Below, piece by piece: positions 33,055 to 44,800 of a stretch of 64,000 nt of DNA. The stretch's first letter is position 1, and every line of letters begins with the position of its first letter. Under the pieces are notes generated by a model. It made no database searches. It had not been told where the DNA came from and worked only from the letters and a program-made list of their open reading frames with translations. The position numbers and the translations under genes were made by a program. Source of the stretch: Hormiphora californensis (lineage: Eukaryota > Animalia > Ctenophora); NCBI GenBank assembly GCA_020137815.1, contig CM035355.1:5146001-5210000 (forward strand), written 5' to 3'.

Positions 33055-36000
33055 GTTAGAAAAACACACACAAATACCCTTTTTAGATCACTTTGCGCCG
33101 CGAGTACTTGCTGGTCCGCGGTAACTGTTTCCCAATCCGTCCTTTTATCTCTCTCTCTATCTATCTTTCTCCCTCTCTCTATTTATCTCTCTTTCTCCTT
33201 AACTATCTTTATCACTCACGTCTCTCCCAGGCTGCATTTTCTTCTATTTGTTTGACGTACTTTAAGGAGGATGATTCTAGGCTAATAGATCAAGAATAAG
33301 TCGTAGTGAAGAATACTTTTAGTTTTAAGTAGTTTTATAGCTTAGTGGGCAGAGGAGAGAGGAAGCAGACCAGAAAGAAAAAGGAAGAGACAACTACTAA
33401 AAACAAATGTGTCCGGTATAAATATAGCACCAACTTAGGAATAGTGATAGTTTTTCAGAGTAGATCTAGGATAATAATAGTAGGGACTAAAAAGATAATG
33501 AAATAGATCGTAATTGTTCTATGAATTATCTCTGTCTATCAGCATCTGTCAAGCGTATCACCCGATTGTTCTGGAGGGCAGGGCGCGCTAACAAATTAGA
33601 ACAAAGAAATAGTAAATTATCTAGCTCTATCTACGATCTCTCTATTCTCTAGATAGAGAGATATCTCTCGAGAGAAGAGAGAGAGAAGAGAGAGAGGAGA
33701 TATACTATTGATACCTCTATATCTCTCCTCTCCTCTCTCTCTCCCACTCCCCCACTCTCTCACCTGTGTCACCTGTGTCTATCGAGCAGAGAAGGTAATG
33801 TCATAGTGAAGAGGGATGGGAGAAAAGAGAAGTTGGAGATCTGAATGGTATGAACAAATTGTCTTATCTGGTGTGTGTGTGAAGTGTCGGTACAGTAGGG
33901 CGGGGAGAGAAGGCAGGAGATACCAATATAACGTCATTTCAATACAACGGTCAAAGAGTTGGATTGTTCATTTAAGAAGATGTGCATGAGAAATGATAAC
34001 AAGAGCGCTATATTTCCTCTATCTATCTCTATATCTATCACTAATCTACTCTCTCTATTCTAATATCTACTCTCTCTCTACTCTATATCTCTATCTAATC
34101 TAACAACCCTTCTCTAACTATCCCTAAGTGAAAGTAGATAAGTATCGAAGGGGGAGAGACATGATGACTATACGTCGGAGCTATGCCTCCCAGCGACAGT
34201 ATCTCTCTCTCGTGTCGCGGTAGCCAGAGTTTTTCTCCCAAAGGCTCAAGGATAATACTGCCAGTGCATGGTACCCAATTCCAACCACAAACTACCCCCA
34301 AATGCTGTGGTCGGAAGATAACTGGGTGACGAGAGATCCGGGAGGGGGGGGGGTAGTGTGCGGGGGGGCAGCACAGATCTGCAGACAGCTGTATGTCTTT
34401 TATGGGTACTGCTTATTTGATCTATGGTGTCAGTGTGTGGGTTCTCCTATATAGTATGTATGTGTGTGTGTTATAGGTGTAGGGCTGGTAATATTGCCCC
34501 CTCTTTGCCTCATTTCCGCCCACGCGAACGCTCGCATGAGTCACTGCCCAGCGAGGAGAAGGGAGAATAAGCGGATGGAGATGAGAGCGGAGAGAGGACC
34601 GATGAGAGCAGAGAGAATGACGACGTAAGTTGTTTCTATGGAAGATAGGTGAGTGAGGCAGAGGAGCAGCAGAGAGAGAGAGAGAGGGGAGAGAGAGAGA
34701 GAGAGCATGAGGAGGGGTAGAGCTGAAGGAGTGACACCGTAAGCCAATACGGCTCAATTACAACTACCCCTGCTGCAGTCCTCCGGAGCGCTCTGCAGCT
34801 CTGAGAGGCCGCCCGGGGACTCTTCTTAGGGGTTAGCATAATCTACCCTTACTCTCTATGTTCCTATACTCTTTATATCTCACTTTTGTAGCTATTTTTG
34901 GTTTGTTTGCTTGTTCGCCCCTAAACTAAAAAATTGCGTTCTTCTACACAATAAAAACCCGTCTACTCATTTTTTACAGCCGGAACTCGGAAGGAAGACA
35001 CTGCAATCTTTCACTGATTGTGTGATAAACAATCAACCGATCCATATTCTAAATAACAGAATCATTAGCATTCTGCGGAAGAATATTACAATCCGAACAT
35101 GTTCTCTAATATTTCACTACTACTCTATTTTAATTAATTTAGTCCTTTATAATTTTGCTTGAGTGCGATCACAACGCATTTTTTCTTATCGGAAGGTTCG
35201 TTAGATCCACTATTTTGCTTTGATGCAGTTATACGCATAATAGTAATTGAAACATATACAACCTTTTAGCACACTTACTTAGCCCCCCATACTCTCCGTC
35301 TGTGTTGTTTAACAACCAAATGAAGTATTCCATACTCAGGCCTTTAAAACGCGAGGGGAGAGGACATTTGCGATAATATAAACAGGGGCACCCGCGTTCC
35401 GACAAAATTTTCAAAACATAGTATATTAACTCGTCTCTCTCACTCTCGTTCAATTCCCATGATTTTAACACACTATCTTATTGTAAACAATCCCCCCGGT
35501 TTATAAATCGTGGTTTCACGATACCGTAAGGTTGTTGACCGACCACTAGGAGTGAGCGAGAATGATTTGTTGCTCTATCATTCTCTCTCTCTTCTAAACT
35601 CCCTGCTCCCGTTCAAAAACAAACAGGGGATCTTCTTGATTAACTCGCCAGTACGGATGCTTATAGGTGTTCCATGGCATTCCGTCGTTTAGTAAATGAG
35701 TTGATGAGACACCCCTTGCAGTTTAAACTTTTTGGAAAACCGATTGATTGTCCCTTTTTAACATGCGTTATAGAGCCGTGTAATACTGTAATAGTACATG
35801 AGCTCAATAGGTTGATCATATGCCGATTTGTCAGTACCCCCTGCTCGATCTATTAGTAGTGTGTTGGTTTGCAATGAGACTGGTCCGTGTGTTGGTTTGT
35901 TTGTTTGAGACTGGTACGTACGTCAGTTTTGTGTTTGAAGACTGGTTACGGGTTGGAAACCTGATACCCGGGGTTGGGTCTTAGTGCGGGTAGGTACAAT

Positions 36001-37257
36001 CAACAACATAACAGCATATCCTTCAGGCTAACGAGGAGTTTGCAATTAATTTAAGACCGTGTAAAAGGGGGTAAGAGAGAGGGAGAGAGAAAAATGACCA
36101 GAGAGAGAGGAGAGAAGAAAGGGGGGAAGAGAGAGAGAGAGGAAAGAAGAGGAACGAGGGGAGCAATTCGCTAATGCTATCCCTTTTTTACCATGACCCC
36201 GAAAACTCGTACCGAGACAATCTCGTCTCTACTACTCCTTATCTCGACCTTTCTCTACGCCTCCTATCTTCTCTCTTCTCTCCCTCTCTCCCTCTCCTTC
36301 TCTCTCTGCTGCTCTTCCTTCTCCCTCTCGCTCTATCTTCCTATTTCTGCCCTCTTCGGGCTCTGCCATTTCAACCTTCTTTCCCGGGTTTAAGGTGTCC
36401 CTGGTGGTGACTCTTGTTTTGGGGAAATGGGGGAATCCTCCTCATTACATAATCACCTAATAGACACAAACTTGTGTGTGATCGCAGTGCGGGTCGGGGA
36501 AGAAAAGAAAAGGAGATCTGTATCTGGTTGTGTTTGCTGCAAAGTGCAGTGATTCCCCCCGGGTGCCTCACATTGTCTTTACTCATTTAAGATCTTGATC
36601 AATTACCCCTCTGCACTTTCTATTCATGCCATGGCCTGACTAATCATTACTCCCCCTAGGTTATTAATAACGATTTGTTGTTTTTTCCCCTCTCGGTCAC
36701 GCGACGTAGTAAGGGTATATCCCAGACGGAGGGTGATCGAATTCGTCTGAATCATTAATCCACAATTTCAATCTTGTTGTGTCTAGCATTAGTCCAGAGC
36801 ACAAAGTTTCTTGAAATTTTAACAAAATTTATCCACCGAAAACAAAGTCGTCCGATTGCGTTTATGTTCAAAGGCTGCTTCTCTATGTTCAGTAGATTAA
36901 ATCACTTAGGCCCTACATTAAGTGCGACCCTACAAGTATTCAAGACACAGAAATCTTTATAAGCGGCTTATTATAGCCATGGGTGATATCGCGGCATCTT
37001 ACATAAATGCCCCACCTCACTACTCCCCTATATCTTGAACTCGTGTATGTATGGTATTTTGGGGCACGAGCAGTTCGTTAATAGAGAGGTCAGGACAATC
37101 ATATGCTGCCCCGCACCTCATCTTTGGCCGATTAGTCATCAACTTAGTTTTATTATATAGTTGTGTTATATTAGATCTGTTATCTCATATAATAAAACTG
37201 TCCTCTCCGCACCGGGTCGATATTACAGAGCCTGAAAAGAGATGATAGTTGTGTTAT

Positions 37258-37317
37258 TTGCCCAATGTTTGCCCAATATTTGCCCAATATTTGCCCAATA
37301 TTTGCCCAATATTTGCC
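37258..37317. repeat. 11-bp tandem repeat (TTGCCCAATAT) x~5
   Basis: Directly visible. Confidence 0.9.
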
Positions 37318-37483
37318 AAGAAGCCGTGTATTTGTGGACGCCTATTTTCAGCTGCAACTCCAAAGTCTCAACAACATCCAGGAGCTCTCACCCTATTTCT
37401 ATCTGTGTTTTCCCCCGATTATCTCAATCTCTAACTATATCTCACGTGGAACCATCCTTTTCACAACCCCAGCTCTCACTTCT

Positions 37484-37567
<84 letters not shown>

Positions 37568-38328
37568 TTGCTTTCCTGAACTGTCCTCTTCCCTGTATCG
37601 CTTTGCTTTTCTTAGCTCTCTCTCTCCTGTACCTCTTGTACCTTTTATAATGAATCGTCACCTAGCTCACTTCACCTGTCAGACACCATGTACGTGCCTT
37701 TTTCTGAGAAAAAGATTGAGAGAGGGATAGAGAGAGAGAGATAAGTGTTCCATAGAAACGTTTTCGTCCCACTATACTGCAGCGGTAGCAGCTTGGGGGG
37801 GGGGGTTGGCAGGTTAATATAGATTGTAGACTAGAGATAGTTATAAGGTATACTTCCCCCAGACTACTCCTTCCCTCCCTCTCTTTAAGATAGATCTCCT
37901 TAAGGTGACTAAAATCTGGTAAGAAGGGGGATAGATAGAGATAATATATGGGCCCGGATACTTAACGAGGTTCCTCCTGCAGGTCCATTAAAAATACGGG
38001 GAACCAGGATCCTCAGGAAGTCTGATTCTATAATGGTTTAACCCCCATCTTCCTCGAGCTCCTCGTTAAACCTGCACTTTGTCTGATATACCTATATTAT
38101 AGCTCTTTGCCAATTTCTCCTCTTTTTCACATGATATGATGATCAGATGACTGATGGACGCCCGCGACCACCTCTTTGCACGCTCTTATTGCTAATGGTG
38201 TCGCACTTATAAAACGACTTCTTTCTCATTTTTTTCTTGCGCCTGATGACAAAGTGCCGGCCCTTTTATCATGGTATCGCGTGCGAGCTGGTGAGAGAGA
38301 GAAAGAAAGAGAGAGAGAGAGAGAAGAA

Positions 38329-38385
<57 letters not shown>

Positions 38386-38492
38386 GAGAATGGAGAGAGG
38401 AGATGAGGAGAAGAGGAGATGACCTGAGATGGAGAGAGAGAGCGAGAGCGAGTCAGAGGGAGAGAGACGTAGCAGCGAGAGAGACGAGCAGC

Positions 38493-38531
<39 letters not shown>

Positions 38532-39068
38532 CTGACAGATCCCGACGTATGGTGCATGAGATCAGTTCCTCCTTTAAAGAGCTGGTCAGCTGGAATATTT
38601 AAGTGAAAAGAGCTCTGTCTGATACCAGCTATGTACCAGAGATAGTTCCACGTGATCGCTGCTTTTTACTTTCATATATTTCTTCGTTAAATTCTCTTTG
38701 CACAAGATTTCGGAACCCCCTCCCCCTCCCCACTTGATCTAGTCCGTCATCCATCGTTCGATCTTGATATATCAGTTGAAAATTTCTTTGTGCACACCAT
38801 CTATCTTCCTCTCCCCCGGTTATATCTTTTAGACCCATTTGGGGTCTTTGGCCCCGGCAAGAGAGGAGAGAAAGTTCGTCCGACAAGGATGTTGTTTAGG
38901 AGCATGTAGACTGGGATAGCTATTAGTAGGAACTACTCAGATCTTACTGAGATACTTGTTGAGAGATAGGATTGCTAGAAGCGACAATATGGATCCCTTT
39001 TCTGACCATATGTATTTACTACCCCAGTCCCAAAACAACACATCATTGAGCATATGTCCCCCTCTCAG

Positions 39069-40300
39069 AAGCGACATATGATAGTTCATACTGGTGAAAG
39101 GAAGTATGAGTGTGAGGTTTGCCACAAGCGGTTTGGAAGGTCACATCACCTGAAGCGACACATTAAGATCCATGAGATGGAATCAGCTAACTATACCCAG
39201 GGGCACCCGGGTATGCCAGCACCGGAACATGCCGCTGGACTCCCTGAAGAGACCTTGAAACTCATCCTACAGCTGGGCGCTATGAGTGAGTTTTAAATTG
39301 TGTTTTTGAGAAGGTTGGGGCTGCTTTAGCACTATTATAAGTTGAATAACTGAGGTCAAATAAGTAAAGGGGCACTATTATATATCCTGTATAATTATAG
39401 GGTATAGTAGTTTCTGACAGGAATTGATTTGGCGGGGGGGGGGGGGGGGTAGCTGACGACAGGTAGATTCCGAGAAATTCCACCATATTTTAACTAGTCA
39501 GATCACACATACCCCCATGTATCTTAACTAGTCTAGATAGTTACAATTCTCTCTCCCTCTGACCTCTCATCTATCCCATCTCCCATTCTCTCTTTCTCTA
39601 TCTTACCCTCCCTCCCTCCCTCTCCCTCCCCCTCCTCCTCTCCCTAACCCTCTCTCGTCCCCGTCCAGACAAGTTGCCCCTGTCCCCGGCGTCGCTGATT
39701 GACAGCGTAGCTGCGGGGGAGGAAGGAATGAGTGGGAACGATTGTGAGAGCATTGATGACAACGATAGTCAGGGAGAGATTGACATGGAGGACCCTCCCT
39801 CCGGTAAGTAGGGAGGTTGTGAGGTGTCATTTTGAGGTGGCATGTCCTGTATAGTTTAGGATATGAAGGGCCTGTCAAAATACATTTCATTTTGTACCTA
39901 GTTAAGAAAAGGACATCTCTTTGACATATTCGTCGGTCCCAAAACAACTGACGTTGTTCGATATTTGTACGTGTTTATAGGATACATCACACCCTCATTT
40001 TAAAAATAATATGAACACTCCTCTCTCCCATGACCTGTCATTTTCAACCATTTCATAACCAGCTAAGGTCACTTCCACTCAACTTCTTCCCTTCAATGTT
40101 TGGTAAATTGGTATCTGGGCGTCCACTCATTTCTTTTCTAAATGGTGCCTGGGTGGGTGGCGATGTCCCGGTCTGTGCCCAAGAGAGCTCTTTCCTTGGT
40201 AATCTGATTGACTCATTTTGCCTGCAAACTAGCTTGTTGTTGGTCTGAGAGAGACTAACGGGGAGAAAGTGGGCCGCACATACGCACACTGTAATCCGCG

Positions 40301-40386
<86 letters not shown>

Positions 40387-40698
40387 CCACGGATCTCTCT
40401 CTCACATCCACACACACACACCATGTGCGCCCATTACAACCAATTTTCTCGCTCATCTCTCCCATCTTCCCCTCATCTCTCTCTCCCTGCCTGTTCCGGT
40501 CATCCTTGGAGCCGGAGGGAGAGAGGGACAGACAGACAGACAAACTATACACATCCTGCCGCGACCCCGAGATAGAGTCACGTGACTACTACTCCCCACG
40601 CATTATACACACTGGGTCCGAAACCGTACACACTTGCATGGATTCCCTTCCCATAATCCAGTTACCGATAGCTCCACGATAGAGAGAGAGGGAGAGGG

Positions 40699-40763
<65 letters not shown>

Positions 40764-41455
40764 GGTGAGTGAGCTAACTGTTTCATATTGGGTAGCCGGG
40801 AATTCAGGGCTTTTGTACCGTCAACACGGGTTGGTGGGTACCGTGTTTCTCTCTCTCTCTCTCTCTCTGTCTCTCTATCTCTGTCTCTATTTCTCTCTTT
40901 TCTCTCTCCTTCTCTCTCTGCCTCTCTATCTCTCTCTCTATCTCTCTCTCCTCTAGGGCGTACTCCCACGGTCTCTGACCACTTCCCCCACTGTTTAACA
41001 ATGGCCATAACACAACGACGCACCCTAGAGTTTACCATCCCCACCGTGTTTATTTTTCATCTCTCCCCATCATGAGTATCTATCTTCAAACCACAATATA
41101 TGATAATCATATTCACAACACTAAACCATCACCAGTTTCATTATTTAACCTTGTTTAGCCGGAATATTTTATAAAACGGCCCGGGTTTTTTTCTCTGTAG
41201 AAACTAGAAAAGTGACGGATGTTTTATTTTTTAACCTGACCACACATCCCCTTCCCCCCAGATACACCCCTAGAGGTGGGAGAACCAGAGAAACCAGTTC
41301 AAGTTATTGATAACAGAGCAGCAGCCCACCATCCAGGAGCGGCTCTCTCTATTCAGAGTCTGCTAGGCAGTTCCATTTTCGCCAACGCAGTAATTGCTGC
41401 TGCAGAGAAGAGCGAGGGGGAGATGCCCGGTCCTGCGGCAGATCCGCTAAACTGA
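39069..41455 (+). CDS. C2H2 zinc-finger transcription factor, last three coding exons
   Basis: Exon 39069-39285 reads [35 protein letters not shown] (end of one finger, TGERK linker, one full finger). Exon 39669-39803 is acidic. Exon 41262-41455 reads ...ALSIQSLLG...DPLN*. Strong GTGAGT/GTAAGT donors; phases match. Confidence 0.85.
40303..40384. repeat. (GA)n microsatellite
   Basis: Pure dinucleotide run in an intron of the ZF gene. Confidence 0.95.
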
Positions 41456-41876
41456 GGTAAGGAAGAGAGAGCACTTTCTTTCTCTCCGAGAGAGCATTGG
41501 GAGATCAGAGAGCAGAAAATGACGGCAGGGCATGGCTCTGACTGGTCTAAGTCGTTGATGTCAAAATTTGTTCTCAAAAAGCATAAACGTAGCGCGCGGG
41601 TTCGTTGGTCAAAGAAACCACACAACAAGACACACATAGCATGGTAGGGAGAGACGCGCGCACGCGCAGACTCTTAAACTTCTGAGCTCTCCCGAATATT
41701 GTCCACTTCCAGTCTTAAGACCCTTACCTCGGGGGCCGGGACAAGACACTGAGTCCAATCTGCAGTCTTCACTAGATGATTCATTTGTCAGTATAATTGA
41801 AAGTGCGGGTGTCAAGACAACCTGGTATGACTTGCGCTGGCAAGGGGTTATTTGGCCTGTAGTTTGGTAATATACT

Positions 41877-44800
41877 TAATAAGGTGATTTAACTAAAATT
41901 TTAGCCCCAACCGGAAAAAAATTTGTTACAAAGGATTTCCACCTGAAACGTACTCCTAAGGGTCCCCTCTATCGATTCCAACCAATGCTCATATTTGCTC
42001 AGGGGTGCTAAGGCCTCATTTCCGGGTGGGCGTGGTCGTCGCGCATGAATTTTGTAACTTTGCTCAGGGAAGGAGTTAGAAGAAAAATAGGGGCACTAAA
42101 ATGTGCAGAAACATCACATTAGTGGGGGTAGAAACCAAAATAAATGACCTTACTCAATTATTTAATGAGTTAATTGGTTAATTATGCAATTATACATATG
42201 CGCACCTAGTATTGGGAAGGTAAAAGGGTCATTGAGGTTTAGGCTCCAGTTAAACAATCATATGAAGCAAAATTTTATTGTCAAACATTATACAAACATA
42301 TGTAATACATATTTAAAACAAGAATATCTTAACAGATTAAAAATATTAATAAATTACCCGAACCATTAAAATATATCATTAATAAACAACATAAAAACAA
42401 TGTGGAGATTAAATTAAACAACAATTTTTGGCATAAGGGCCAAATAAACAAGTTAGGTGTCCATATCACTGTCACTGTCACTTTGTGACTCTGGCTCGAC
42501 CTCAATAATCTTGAGGTTCTCGCATGTCAAAGCGTCCGGGCATGAATTGCACAGGGATGGCACACACCGAACATTGTTTTTGAAACATGTACACCTATTA
42601 GTTGTACACTGTCCATTACAGTTGCAATGCACCAAGTTCAACAGTTCGTTAGGGGCAACTTCATCGGTCGTATAAACAGGGTGATACCCGTCTTCCTTGA
42701 GCTCCCACCCATGCATGACGGGAAGGTTTGGGTTAAGGAGGATCCATTCACGTAGTTGAGTAAATGTCCTTCGTCCATGTTGAATTGCAGCACCGGGAGA
42801 TGGGGGGAATCTTTCAGGCTTGATATTTCCCTTCAACGCCTGCCTTTTGTATGCTAAGTACCTCAGCTCTCCTAGAGTGGATGTTGGACTCCCATAAACT
42901 AAACACATCAACTTGATCCCTTGAGCGTCTATCTCTTTCAAGGGGCTCGTAGGATCCAAGAAGGCACTGATTATCGGAGTTACGTGGCTCTTGTTCTTGC
43001 TATTCAATAGTGATTTCAGTATTGTGACTTTCCCTCGGCCAAAAATACTGCTAACGGTATCGCATCCTGAGAAGGCATACGCCAGTAGGAAACACTGGTG
43101 TTCTTCAACGGACATGAGGTCCCATATTCCTTTGATGTGGATACCGTCAAACCATAGCTGTGAAAACTTGTTGCCGTGATACATGAGCAAGAACAGGATG
43201 TCAGTATCATTCCCGTGCACCGTTACTGCCTTTCCAGATGTCTCGAGTTCCTCTTTAACAGCTTTCACCAGTAAAGTATCCGCGTCCTTGTTACACTTGA
43301 GCACTTCGATACCTCTATCCTCCAATGAATTGCGAAGAATACCGATCAACTGCTCTTTGTTCTTGCCATTTGACACAAACTTCTCTCTCGATACAAGGAT
43401 GGCTTTGTTGACAGTGACTACAAGATCGCTACACCTGTGCTTGCTTCGAATCCTGTGCTCATGGTCTTTGGTGCTAGGATCGTAGCCGTCGAAAACAACA
43501 ACACTTTTCTCGCATCCTGAAAGATTTATGGGTGACCAAAAATATAAAGATACATTTATCATTCAGATATGACAGTGCCTGATAAAACCTCCCGGGGGCC
43601 AAAAACTTGATTTGATCAATTTACCTGATGTAAGAGTACCGACATACTTCATAATACCATCTCTGAAGTCTCCGTAGGTTTTGCAATCTTTCCAGGGAAC
43701 CTAGGAAAGTGTGATATTAATAAACAGAAAATACAAATCACAAAGTTGAAAGTAATAGGTCAGATTCAAAACTTGATTTACCTGATATAACAACCATCCC
43801 CCATCGATGAACACCACTGGATTGCTGTTAGGTGATGTGGTAGGATTAGCTGATGTTTTCAACCTATCCTTGAAATAGTTTCCAAGTTCAGATTTGGTCT
43901 TTCCTCTAGAACTTCCGTCTGCATCGTATAGGGACAGTGGCACCTGTGTCAGCTCGTAATCAAAGCAGGCTCTCAACCCACACTCACGTTCACCGATGAG
44001 AATTAGCCTTGTGAAGAGACGATCGTAGTTACAGTCTATTCTTTTTCCACCTATTCTTACTGCTGGTTTCAGTGAGTTTAGGTTTGATATCATATCGACT
44101 CTCTTCACTGTAGTCGTATAAGGCTGGTTATCCAATTTCTTGTGGATCTCCTCACCCACCTCCACTGCCTCCTCAGGATTGCATACACTTTCAGAAGTCA
44201 TCATACCAGAGCTTAAAGACACTAACGTAGTTGGGTCTATGTCAGGGGAGAACGGGCTATTGTCTTTAAACAACTCCACAAGATCCGCTAGAATCTTTCT
44301 GTCGCGTTTCTCTGCTGCTGAGATGGTCCCGGACGTAGCTGAAGACGGTTGAGTCTTTCCTCTCTTCTTCATTCCTTCATACACTTTGGCCATAGCTTCT
44401 GAAACATCGATTGTATGTGATAATGTGAGCAACCATGTCTTGAGTACGTTAGGATCCCTGAGAGCCCCATGAGCTAGCCCTCCGCTACACTTTGCACTCC
44501 TCATTAGAGTTTGTTCCATTGATAAATCACTCCACACACCTCCCCAGAATCCTTCGAGTGTGTATCGAATCACGTGATATCCTTCCTCAAAAAACTCTTT
44601 CATCACATCTGGATATTTGATTGTCCACTCATCGTGGAGTTGAAGCACAATTCGAGCACCTTTAACGTAGTTATGGTTGCCAGCAGCTGCAAAGAATGGG
44701 AGCATAGCTCGAGTGGCCGTGAGGTAAAGTCCATAGTCGGCAGTTCTTTCGGCCCGGATGAATTGTGTAAGAATCAATACCATCTTCAAGTATAAGGCCC

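Noticed and set aside
27408-41075. Many short ORFs with (ER)n or (LS)n runs
   Set aside because: Translations of AG/CT microsatellites.
42453-43562. Stand-alone host XPG/FEN1 or tesmin gene
   Set aside because: It splices in frame to the upstream transposase exons and lies within the TIRs.
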